Origin: the human T2T-CHM13v2.0 reference genome, Homo sapiens
DNA: 64,000 nt
Assembly (NCBI RefSeq): GCF_009914755.1
Contig: NC_060948.1
Strand: one strand, 5' to 3'
Under the pieces are notes generated by a model, which was not told the DNA's origin, did no database searches, and was given only the letters and a program-made list of their open reading frames with translations. Made by a program: the position numbers and the translations under genes. Below are positions 26,782-45,505 of the stretch, piece after piece. Numbering within the stretch: position 1 is the first letter of the stretch; every line of letters starts with the position of its first letter.

Positions 26782-27123
26782 TGAGAATTAGGTACTATAA
26801 ATGGGGGGGAATGGTAAATATAACATGAAAAACAGTATCTTTTCAAATGATCAGTGAGATATGTCATCCTATATATTTACTTGTTTGATGAAGAGGAAAT
26901 TAAGGAAATACAGAGAAGAATGAGAAGGAGTAAAGAAAAGCATCTTCAAAATGTAGAATTAAGGGAAAGGGACCCATTAAATATAGTAAATGAGATAAAT
27001 AATGTAGAGAAGAAAGAAGTGATAATATTTTAAAGACTAAAAACAAAACCGTAAGTACTCAGAACAACAAGTCTTAGTCAGGAGATTTACTTGAGAAAAA
27101 AAATTCCATGTTCTGTAACTTAC

Positions 27124-27173
27124 CAGCAGAACAGTGAAGAAACAATCCCCAAGAAGAAAAGTAGAACTCCCAT
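27124..27173 (-). pseudogene. Putative first coding exon (signal peptide)
   Basis: Strong Kozak gccaacATGG; MGVLLFFLGIVSSLFC is hydrophobic; donor |gtaagt. Confidence 0.6.
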
Positions 27174-27489
27174 GTTGGCTTAAGTGTGTGCGAATAGAAG
27201 ATAGGGTTTATGGTTATCTATGAAGATAGGGTTTTAGGAAACTATTTTGGAGATTAAAATGGCAGGATATAGAATGTCTGACATCATAAGAGGTCCTTGT
27301 GAGATAACTGCCTTCCTTTAGGATTAACTAAGCGTTATATGCAAGAAATGTAGCCAAATTAAATGAGATATTAAAATTTTAACTCTTCCATTAGTTCAGT
27401 GTTAACCATTAATTTTGGAGTAGGGACAGATAATATTCCAGTCCCACACCTTTTAAAAATTTAGTGTCTATTCTGTGTTACTATGTAGC

Positions 27490-29500
<2,011 letters not shown>

Positions 29501-30447
29501 CCTACATACAGGGTTTTTCTTTCTTTCCAAACAATTCTTGATAAATCATGTTTTTTCTTGAAATTATCTGTCATCTTATTTTTCACATGACTATGATAAT
29601 AGTGCAACGATTTCTTACAATTCTTTTATTTTTCTTTCTCTTGTTAAATTATCTTGTTATTTATTCTTCCACTGTGTGTATGTGAGTTTGTGTGTGTACT
29701 CATACATGTGTATTTCTTCATTTCTTTACCTTCCTTGTATGCATGTATAAGTGTAAGTATACATTAATATAAATAAACTATTGGATATTTTACTTGATGC
29801 ACAACATCCAAAGCAACTCAATTTTTAAAGTATATTTTATATATTTTGACCAGTCACTAAGGAAAGCAGGATTGCAAGTATACCTCTAGGTGTCACTGAA
29901 TATAAATGTAATTATGACAATTCTATACATTTTTTAGCCCTAAACTATGTTGTATGTACTGTGCACAATACATTATTAATCTTATGATAATAATATCTAG
30001 TAGATACTGTTATTATATTCTCTGTGTTGATTGGGTAAATTTCAAAGATTAAGCAGTCTAACTTCACACAGCTATTAAGTGGTGAAGGTTAGATTTTTCT
30101 TGGTTTGCTTAACTTTATATTGTACAAATCACCACTGCATTATACTATCTTATAGATATTAAGCTTTTAGTCAAATGATTTTTAACTGCTGCCCTAAAAA
30201 AAAGTAGCCTATTAGGGAGGAGCCAAGATGGCCAAATAGGAACAGCTCCGGTCTACAGCTCCCAGCGTGAGCGATGCAGAAGACGGGTGATTTCTGCATT
30301 TCCATCTGAGGTACCGGGTTCATCTCACTAGGGAGTGCCAGACAGTGGGCGCAGGCCAGTGTGTGTGCGCACCGTGCGCGAGCCGAAGCAGGGCGAGGCA
30401 TTGCCTCACCTGGGAAGCGCAAGGGGTCAGGGAGTTCCCTTTCCGAG

Positions 30448-30663
30448 TCAAAGAAAGGGGTGATGGACGCACCTGGAAAATCGGGTCACTCCCACCCCAA
30501 TATTGCGCTTTTCAGACCGGCTTAAGAAACGGCGCACCACGAGACTATATCCCACACCTGGCTCAGAGGGTCCTACGCCCACGGAATCTCGCTGATTGCT
30601 AGCACAGCAGTCTGAGATCAAACTGCAAGGCGGCAACGAGGCTGGGAGAGGGGCGCCCGCCAT
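30448..30663 (-). CDS. L1 ORF0 (antisense ORF in the 5'UTR), intact 71 aa
   Basis: MAGAPLPASLPPCSLISDCCASNQRDSVGVGPSEPGVGYSLVVRRFLSRSEKRNIGVGVTRFSRCVHHPFL matches primate L1 ORF0. Confidence 0.8.
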   Translation of the reverse strand: MAGAPLPASLPPCSLISDCCASNQRDSVGVGPSEPGVGYSLVVRRFLSRSEKRNIGVGVTRFSRCVHHPFL

Positions 30664-31118
30664 TGCCCAGGCTTGCTTAGGTAAACAAAGCAGCAGGGAA
30701 GCTCGAACTAGGTGGAGCCCACCACAGCTCAAGGAGGCCTGCCTGCCTCTGTAGGCTCCACCTCTGGGGGAAGGGCACAGACAAACAAAAAGACAGCAGT
30801 AACCTCTGCAGACTTAAGTGTCCCTGTCTGACAGCTTTGAAGAGAGCAGTGGTTCTCCCAGCATGCAGCTGGAGATCTGAGAATGGGCAGATTGCCTCCT
30901 CAAGTGGGTCCCTGACTCCTGACCCCCGAGCAGCCTAACTGGGAGGCACCCCCCAGCAGGAGCACACTGACACCTCACATTGCAGGGTATTCCAACAGAC
31001 CTGCAGCTGAGGGTCCTGTCTGTTAGAAGGAAAACTAACAACCAGAAAGGACATCTACACCGAAAACCCATCTGTACATCACCATCATCAAAGACCAAAA
31101 GTAGATAAAACCACAAAG

Positions 31119-32135
31119 ATGGGGAAAAAACAGAACAGAAAAACTGGAAACTCTAAAACGCAGAGCGCCTCTCCTCCTCCAAAGGAACGCAGTTCCTCAC
31201 CAGCAACAGAACAAAGCTGGATGGAGAATGATTTTGACGAGCTGAGAGAAGAAGGCTTCAGACGATCAAATTACTCTGAGCTATGGGAGGACATTCAAAC
31301 CAAAGGCAAAGAAGTTGAAAACTTTGAAAAAAATTTAGAAGAATGTATAACTAGAATAACCAATACAGAGAAGTGCTTAAAGGAGCTGATGGAGCTGAAA
31401 ACCAAGGCTCGAGAACTACATGAAGAATGCAGAAGCCTCAGGAGCCGATGCGATCAACTGGAAGAAAGGGTATCAGCAATGGAAGATGAAATGAATGAAA
31501 TGAAGCGAGAAGGGAAGTTTAGAGAAAAAAGAATAAAAAGAAATGAGCAAAGCCTCCAAGAAATATGGGACTATGTGAAAAGACCAAATCTACGTCTGAT
31601 TGGTGTACCTGAAAGTGATGTGGAGAATGGAACCAAGTTGGAAAACACTCTGCAGGATATTATCCAGGAGAACTTCCCCAATCTAGCAAGGCAGGCCAAC
31701 GTTCAGATTCAGGAAATACAGAGAATGCCACAAAGATACTCCTCGAGAAGAGCAACTCCAAGACACATAATTGTCAGATTCACCAAAGTTGAAATGAAGG
31801 AAAAAATGTTAAGGGCAGCCAGACAGAAAGGTCGGGTTACCCTCAAAGGAAAGCCCATCAGACTAACAGCGGATCTCTCGGCAGAAACCCTACAAGCCAG
31901 AAGAGAGTGGGGGCCAATATTCAACATTCTTAAAGAAAAGAATTTTCAACCCAGAATTTCATATCCAGCCAAACTAAGCTTCATAAGTGAAGGAGAAATA
32001 AAATACTTTATAGACAAGCAAATGCTGAGAGATTTTGTCACCACCAGGCCTGCCCTAAAAGAGCTCCTGAAGGAAGTGCTAAACATGCAAAGGAACAACC
32101 GGTACCAGCCACTGCAAAATCATGCCAAAATGTAA
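31119..32135 (+). CDS. L1 ORF1p, intact 338 aa
   Basis: MGKKQNRKTGNSKTQSASPPPKERSSSP...YPAKLS...QNHAKM, canonical length. Confidence 0.95.
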   Translation: MGKKQNRKTGNSKTQSASPPPKERSSSPATEQSWMENDFDELREEGFRRSNYSELWEDIQTKGKEVENFEKNLEECITRITNTEKCLKELMELKTKARELHEECRSLRSRCDQLEERVSAMEDEMNEMKREGKFREKRIKRNEQSLQEIWDYVKRPNLRLIGVPESDVENGTKLENTLQDIIQENFPNLARQANVQIQEIQRMPQRYSSRRATPRHIIVRFTKVEMKEKMLRAARQKGRVTLKGKPIRLTADLSAETLQARREWGPIFNILKEKNFQPRISYPAKLSFISEGEIKYFIDKQMLRDFVTTRPALKELLKEVLNMQRNNRYQPLQNHAKM

Positions 32136-32198
32136 AGACCATCGAGACTAGGAAGAAACTGCATCAACTAATGAGCAAAATCACCAGCTAACATCATA

Positions 32199-36019
<3,821 letters not shown>

Positions 36020-38879
36020 ACAATGAGATCACTTGGACACAGGAAGGGGAATATCACACTCTGGGGACTGTGGTGGGGTCGGGGGAGGGGGGAGGGATAG
36101 CATTGGGAGATATACCTAATGCTAGATGACACATTAGTGGGTGCAGTGCACCAGCATGGCACATGTATACATATGTAACTAACCTGCACAATGTGCACAT
36201 GTACCCTAAAACTTAGAGTATAATAAAAAAAAAAATTAAAAAAAAAAACAATATTAGGTCTTCCAATCTATGAACATGGGATGAAAAAAAAAAAGTAGCC
36301 TATTTGCATGGCAAGCAAAATGTTTCATGATCTTGCCCTCCCTCCCTGTGTCCGCTACTGACATTCCCTGATCTTTGTGTATTTAGTCTTGTTTCACTGA
36401 CCACAAGAAAATGTAGGTTATTCCATCAAGTTGATTTTTACTTATAACACTGCATGTTTCCGCACATTCTCCTAGCAAATCTCATTCTATATTTGTGTTT
36501 TTGCTTCTCCTTCCACCACACAGATTTTAAAAACACTGTTTATCTGCATGTTTTATCTCTGCCTAGAAAATATTTCTTAGTACTATGTAATATATTAAAA
36601 ATCATTTTCAGTCTTGTTTTTTTCCATTTCTTTATAACAGATAGTTTTCTTTAAGAGCAAAATATTTCTGGAGGAAAGATTTGTTGGTTTAAATCCTAAT
36701 TTTTTTAGTAATATCCTCTTAAAACTGTGTAGCTTTCAAACGCTTGTAACTTAAGTTTCCTGTTTTGCAAATTAGGCCTAGTAAAAATTTTACAAATGTT
36801 ATGGGACTTCTAAAAATGAAGTTGGTATAAAATGTATGTAGATATTTTATCAAAGCAGTTGATCCTTATCATTATTTAGAAAATGACATTATGTGTATCC
36901 TCTTTAAAAAAAAAAACACTGAAGCATTTTCTCATACATCTTATGGCATCAATCATTATGTATTATTTACAAATCTGTTTTTCCTGTGGTGTAGGCTCAC
37001 TATCTAACTTATTAATTCATTTTTGTATTAGTTATCAATTTAGTATAATATACTACTCAATTACATATAACATTAGTAAATGCATTCCCTCAAGTAAATA
37101 TAAATTGAAACAAAGGGAAATATTTTCTCTTCAAAATGGAAAAAGAGTAATCTATAATGTAGACAGAGCCATGGTCAAATTAATGTTTTTCTGGTAAGAA
37201 TGTGACAAAAAGAATGTGAGAATAGAATGCTACAGTGGGTTTTGTAGCAAAAAAAACTAATAATAGAAATAGATTTGTAACCATAATTTAAGAAACTTTT
37301 TCTAAAATATACATAAACATATAAAATATCTTTCCTTCAGAGCATGATTTTACTGTTAGAATATTCATCAAAAAAGGAAGTGTTAAAAAGATAAATTAAA
37401 ATATTTATGCAGACACAAACAGCTCTATATTGGTATGGTATAGTTTATGAACTAAGTAGTTCATAAGTGGGAGTATAGAATGTATAGACTTTAATTTGTT
37501 TAAATTAATATAAAGCACTTAAAATGTGGCTTATAATAAGCCTTTTTAAAAGTACTGTTCTTTAAAATTCTGATATGCACAATTTATAGACAAACTCAGA
37601 AAAATAAGTTTGGGTTGCATTGTGTAGATATTTAAATGTATTTTTTATGTTACATTTTATTTTGCAACAAAATTCGTAAAATGAAATAGGTAGGGGGAGA
37701 ATAACTTAACGGACAATATAGTCTGTCAGCTAATAAAATATTTTTCTCAGGCATATAAATAGTATTTATTTTACTAGAGCTCTGTTAATTAAGGATGTTA
37801 CTTATTATATACAAATTGAGGACAGAGAAATTGCCTATTTGTGTACATTGTTTTTGTTAATTTTGGAATTTTGGGTCAAATCACTACATTTATCTACTAA
37901 GCAAATAAAATAAAGTGTTCAAATATTTATATTACAACCCAAGAGAGAAGATACAAGATTAAGATGTAGAAACTTTACATTCCTAATTGACTTATTTTTC
38001 TTGCTTTCTTTTAATGTTACTTATTATTGCTTGTTTCTTATGGAGTTCTTTAAATTTTAGTTATTACTTTCCCCTTTATGCATTATTTTATGAAATAAGC
38101 TTATTGCTAATATTTGAGAGGGGGATGAAACATGGATGACTATTTCAAAATAAAAATACTTCTTTAAGGTTGATCACACTACCACAGTTGAAAAAAGTAA
38201 ATAATGAAAATAATATAGAACACATTTTGGCATTTTAATTTTCTTTCCTTCTCTTTTTGTTTTTAATTCAAAAGTTTCTTGGGCCACGCTTTCTTTTATT
38301 TCTGTTACACTTGTCTTTCCCTACTTCCTTTGTGGCTCTCGCAGGGATGGTATATCCGGGTTTCTAAGCTTTTTAGCTGGGTACGCCACTAGCCTCGACT
38401 TTTCCTTCAGCTCATGGTGACAGAAGGTCGTGCACAGGCAGTTTCTCAGAAAATCAGGGAAATTAGGCAAATAAATTCTTAATTTTAAGCAGAGAGGACA
38501 TGTTTGTATCTCAGGTGACAGAGATAATGTCTAAATCATCTGCGAATAGAGGAAATGTGGTAATTCAATCCATGTCTCTCAGGCTTATTTTGGCAAATGT
38601 TAAGAAATTTTATAATTGTTATTATGTGTGGATTTATGTATATAACTGGTTTCTTGTATACCACGGAGTTTTTTCAGACCCCTAAGATTTTGGATTTTTT
38701 TCTTTTTTCTTTTTGCTTTGATGGGTTTTCAATGTGTGGGTGTTGAATTATGGGAGGAAACAGTAGGGAGAGAACTCTTTACTGCTATTAAGAAACTCAC
38801 TTTCGTTAAACTCGCTGATTTTTCTTGAGTATTCTTCCCTTTACTGTCAGACATGTCCGACATGCGGGCAAGTTGTGGG

Positions 38880-38905
38880 AGATGGAGCTAGGGCGCCATT
38901 TTTTT
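38880..38905 (+). promoter_or_regulatory. YY1-like motif (GCGCCATTTT) in RBMY intron 1
   Basis: Motif match only, close to the first exon. Confidence 0.3.
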
Positions 38906-39404
38906 CATGTGCACTTTTTGTTAAAGTGGTTTTCCTCTGTGAATGTGGTCATAATTCAAATATATAGGCAATATACTTAACCACTGTGATTAAAAACTTG
39001 TATTTTTACTCATAACATGTCAAATTTGTGATTTGCTTGACAGAAATTATGAAATTTTGACATAAATTGCATTACTTTAGTGTATGAGGAAGTCTGGGGC
39101 CATAAATTATCTCAGTTTAAATTTGTCTCCGCAAAACCTTTAATCGTCTCCTTCCTTGTATGACAATATTTGAAACATGTTTCAAGTACCTCTGGCACCG
39201 TAAATAATTTAAATCGAATAAGTGGGTGTAATCGAGATAAATGGTGAAAGATAGCTTAAAACAGAGACAAAATAATACGTTTAAGTTTCTCTGTTAACTT
39301 GGCACACGGACTTATTTTTGTAATCCTACCATTTTGGGAAGAGGAGGTGTGAGGATGGCTTGAAGTCACGAGTTAGAGACCAGCCTGCGTAATATAATGA
39401 GCTC

Positions 39405-39895
39405 CTTTAATCTACTGCCATTTTGGCACCAGGGACCGGTTTAGTGGAAGGCATTTTTCCACAGACAAGAGGTGGGTAGTGGGAGAAGGTGGTGAGGTGG
39501 ACACCTTGGGAAGGTGGGGGGCGGCCGTTCCAGGAGGAGTACAGGGTAGGGAGGGGTTTTGGGCCAGAGCAGTGTGACGGGGGGCAGCGATGGGACAGCG
39601 GGGTTGCCAGGGGAACAGGGCAGGCCAGCGGGGAATAGGGAGAAGGGATTCTGAATGAAACTGTTCCACCTCAGGTCACACTCAGGGGTTACATTCTTCT
39701 AAGGAGAGCGCCACATAGATCCTCACATGCGAGGTTCACAGTAGGGATCTTAACTCCTGTGAGAATCCAGTGCCTTCGCCAGGAGGCGGGACTCAGGCGG
39801 TGCCAGTGGTTCACCACCTGTTCTGCAGCCGGGTTCCTAACAGGCCACAGACAGATACTGGTTGGAGACCAGGGTTTGGGGATCCGTGATCTATT
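39405..39895. mobile_element. MER1B-like hAT-Charlie DNA transposon with a G-rich interior
   Basis: 'ttttggcaccagggaccggtttagtggaag', 'gaatgaaactgttccacctcag' and 'ttcctaacaggccac' are MER1 hallmarks. Confidence 0.75.
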
Positions 39896-39999
39896 GTATA
39901 TTTCAAATCACGAAAATATTGTAAAATACTTAAAACATTCTCCCCCAAGAAAGCATGTATTTTAGTTAGCTTGGTTTAATCATTTATTAAAATTTCAAG

Positions 40000-40270
40000 C
40001 TGGTCGTGGTTGTTCACCCTTGAAATATCAACACCTTGGTAGCACCAGGCCAGAAGAGCGCTTGAGTCCAGGAGTTCGAGACCAGCTTGGGTACCATGGA
40101 GAATCCCACATCTATTAAAGAAACACAAAAAAATTGCCTACTAGCTCTGATAGCGAGAGCCTGTAGCTTCCCAAGTAGCTGAGAAGTGGGAGGATCACTT
40201 GAGGCTCCGTAGGGGACACTGCAGTGAGCAGTGCACGTTGGCAACAGGAAATTTCCATCTCAAAAAAAAA
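40000..40270 (+). mobile_element. AluJ-like
   Basis: Diverged Alu dimer. Confidence 0.7.
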
Positions 40271-40564
40271 TACACAAAACATCACATTGTACAGTATAAA
40301 TATATAGTTTTCAAATAAAATTATTTAAATGGGACATCCTGCATATTGCAGCTTAAGAAAATTACAATAGCTTTTCTCGTCTCATTTTTACAAACAAGTT
40401 TTTGCCAGGTACGTATTAAAATGCAGCATTTGTCCATGAAGTCAGTGCCCCTTTCGCTCTGCATGTTACAAATTTTACATATTTAAAGTAAGAAATACTA
40501 AAAGTATGTCAGCCTTTTTAAGGGAAGGGAATTTCACTTGAGTTTTCAACAGAGTATGTAATAA

Positions 40565-40912
<348 letters not shown>

Positions 40913-43900
40913 TAAAATATTTATTTGTTTTTAAACTGTTATTTTCAAGTTTTTATTTGATATTGGGAAAATTCTCATGGCAGCAGTTAAGGGTCTGTGG
41001 AAAGGGTCACCTACTAGTGAGAAAGGAAAATGAGCAAAAGTAAATGTGTTGTGGAGGTAGGGAACAAATTGGAATACAATAGGCTGACTATAGAGGTGAC
41101 TTAGTATTAAGAATCATACTAATGATGTGAAATGTATTTTTTTTCATTTGTTAGTACTATGGTGTGTCCACTATATAAATGTAAAATGTTTTCATGTATT
41201 TTACTTTTTCTGATAAATGATTGGGAAACCAGCAATTTCAGATGCTTTGCATTTATTCTGAGAATGTTGCAGATGAGTCCCTTATTAATAATATCCTAAC
41301 TGTTCTTCACTTAACAGCATGTCAAGGTCTTTTTGGTATTACTAAACTTTTGAAGATATCATAATGTCATATGATCTGAAATACTGTATCCATCATCTTC
41401 TTTTTGCCATATAAGTGCAAATGTAGGTGGAAGGATATTGGAATAAATGTTACATAAATTAATACATGGTAATCCTATTTGTATGTTAGTATCTCAATAC
41501 AAGTGTAAATAGATTTTCAAAGCTTTCAAGCAGCTTTAAAACTTAGAAGGAACTCTCACAAAAATGAGAGAAGTAAGTTAGTATTTATTAAATACTATTA
41601 ATGGAATTACTTCCAATTCATGGAAACACTTCTATAGCGTAGACAAACTGCATAGTCAGCTAGAAAGACCTACAAGATGGAAATCTTCTATAGAGACACA
41701 TCTAGACAGACTCATAAGAAGGAAAGATTATTTCACATTTTCTGAAAATACATTCTTGAGAAAGTATATTTGAACAAGATCTTTACATTTAAGGAAGTGT
41801 TAAGCACTTGAAAGTAGAAAATAATATGAGAACATTGAAGCTGGGTAACAGAACTACTAACTGGCATTTTTGCCCCATCATTGCTCTTTTTCTCCTAAAA
41901 ACATTTTTATTCTGTCACCAGAGTGATTTATGTAACATGAATACCAATTACCCATTTTCCCAGTGTGTTTGAGCACTTATTGGATCCAACCAATGGTCTC
42001 TGTCTTATTGAATCTGAAATTCTAGGAATTGTGTGTTTATTACAGCTTTAAACTTTTGTGTCATTCTATTGCCTACTGAAATTGTTTATATTACCATCAA
42101 AATCATTGCATTCTGGATACTTTGGAGCCTTTTTGTTTTATAATATCATCCCAATCTGTTTTTAGTTCCCATTACTCTTTATGCTATCACCCATATGCTT
42201 TTTTGGACTTCTTGAGAGTTATTCTTCCCAGCGTACATCTCACAAATAGGAATTTATGCTCCAAAAACAGCTTAGATTTTACATTTTCTTCTTTATTGCA
42301 TATTTTGGGTATTTTGGCCTCACTGAACAGAGTACTAATCTGTTGATTGTTAAATTGTCTTTAGTGCATATTTAAATTTTCCTAGTTGCCTTTGTTTCTG
42401 TTACATCTGGCACACTTCCTGGTACATAGCAGAAGTACATTTTTATTCAGGTTATACTTTCATATTTTAAGTTTTGGTAGACACTGACAGTTGCTTTTGG
42501 CTCATGGTTTTGTAGGTATGGAAATAATTTTGACTTATGTATAGTAATCTATGATAATTTCTTTTTCCCTGTAGTTTTCAAGCACAAGAACAGGTGATTT
42601 CTGTAGATGTTATTTCTAAATTACTTCATCCAACATATCTTACTGTGTAAGAATAAATATAAATGTAATATGCACACAAAAGTTAAGGAGGGAAATAAAG
42701 GAGGTACTTAGAGGTTTCAGGCGGAATGGACAGCTTCAGAAAGTTTGACTGACTTCTGAAAAGTGGGAAGGAAGCAGTCAGGCATAAATCTGAGGAACAT
42801 ATTTTGGGCCTAGAAATAACAAAAGAAGTCCCAAGGTTGGAAAGACAGACTATGTGACTGCAAGAGGTCTTGGAATGGATTTAAGTTCTTCCCCAAAATA
42901 ACAAAGCAATGTAATTTTTAAATACATTATTTGCTGACATTTTTTCTAAAACCACGTTTGCCTATAGAAAAGATTAAACTGAAGAAAGTTATTATGAAAT
43001 TAATTAGCACACTTAAGCATTTCTGAGAAATAACATGAAGTACTATATTAAGAGTCACTTATTAGTGACACTTCTAAGGCAAGATAAGAAATGAGTAAGG
43101 CAAAAAACCTGAATGAGACCAAAGAAGGATCACGTTTACAGAAACAGAACTAGAGTAAATATAGAATTGTAAATCATATTGAGACATTTTATGTAAGTGT
43201 TAGGAGAACAAACAAGAAACAGTTCGTAACCAATAATGTGGTTAATCACTTTGAATAAATAATATTTTTTAAGATGACACATTCATTCATATACCCTTGG
43301 GACACTGAAACAATTAAATGATATGAATACAAAGATTATAGATTGTAAAAAAGAAATGTGCTACATTATCCAATAGAATGTGTGATGGGTTAATTTTTTT
43401 TGAGGTGTTATTTTTCAATACTAGAAAACTTTTCAAGGAATTTGAATAACAGAATTCGTGTTTGGTCCCTTCATGTAGGGCATGTGCTCAGTAAATGTCT
43501 CAAATCTGGCATTGTGAAAGAGATGGTCGTTTCAGGAAAAAAAAATATATTTGCTTTGGGAGAAAACATCTAGAACTGAAATATAGTGGATGCAAAAATG
43601 TTTGTAAAATGTGTTTAGGTTAAATGTGACAACTTTATTGATAGGATACTTAATACTTTTAGTTTTTGGATGGAAAAGCAATGAAAGTAGAACAAGTTAA
43701 CAAACCGTCTTTTCAAAGTGGTGGTAATGTGGAGATCACCATCTTCTTGGAGAAACAGGAGCCCTTCAGGAAGTCTGAGACAGGAAAAAAGTAAGTGAGT
43801 ATTTTATGGTTGATCTTGCAATATTTGTTGTTTGTGTATACACATGGAAATATCTATACAAATATATTTCTTTGCCATTTTGATATGCATAATTTGAACA

Positions 43901-44686
43901 TTAGCCTGCCATAAAGCGTTTTGCATTTGAGAAATCTGTAACTTCAGTTATTGAAAAGAGTCTGTGACTCAGGAAAAGTCTAAAAACCACTGCTTCACAT
44001 ATATGTTAGTATCTTTCTTTGCTGGAGGATGAGTCACTGAAAATGGTATTTATTAATGATTTACTCAATAGGAATGAGGGGTCAATTTTTACTTAAAAAA
44101 GTCCATGCATTAAAAAAAATTCATTCAATTATCTATTAACCAACCTTCAAAAATCTAACATTTGAGTTTTAATAACCAGATGTGTAATTCATTGGATATA
44201 TTTTCTCAAGTTGAAATTGCAATGTTTGCTCCATTTTGAGGTACATAGCTTCATTTTATTTTTTTTCTCAATTGATCTTGAGGGTGAAGATTAATACTAC
44301 TCTTCCATGTATGAGAATATGCATTTTCTTACCTGTGACACCACCAGGGTGGTGTCATATTTTTTGTAGATATATGAAAATATTTTATTACTTAATATAC
44401 AATTCTTAAAGATTATTAAAATTGAGCATAGCCTGAGCTAAAAATTAATATTTCATAATGGATTTTTAAGAATTGTATATTATGATACAAATTTTACAGA
44501 TAATGTATTTTTCTGAGGTGTCATTTTTTGATTTTGTAAATAACTGAGTTTCTTTGAACGGGATTTGGTGTAAGCTTATGATATGTTTTGAAAAAGCTTT
44601 ACTCATACCAGAATTATATGAACAGTAATTTATCATTTCTCTCCTAATATATTTTTTCTTTATGTAGATTGTATTTATGTATTTAA

Positions 44687-45505
<819 letters not shown>

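Noticed and set aside
40950-41200. snoRNA remnant (SNORD61 is intronic in the paralogue RBMX)
   Set aside because: I could not identify convincing C/D boxes or similarity by eye.
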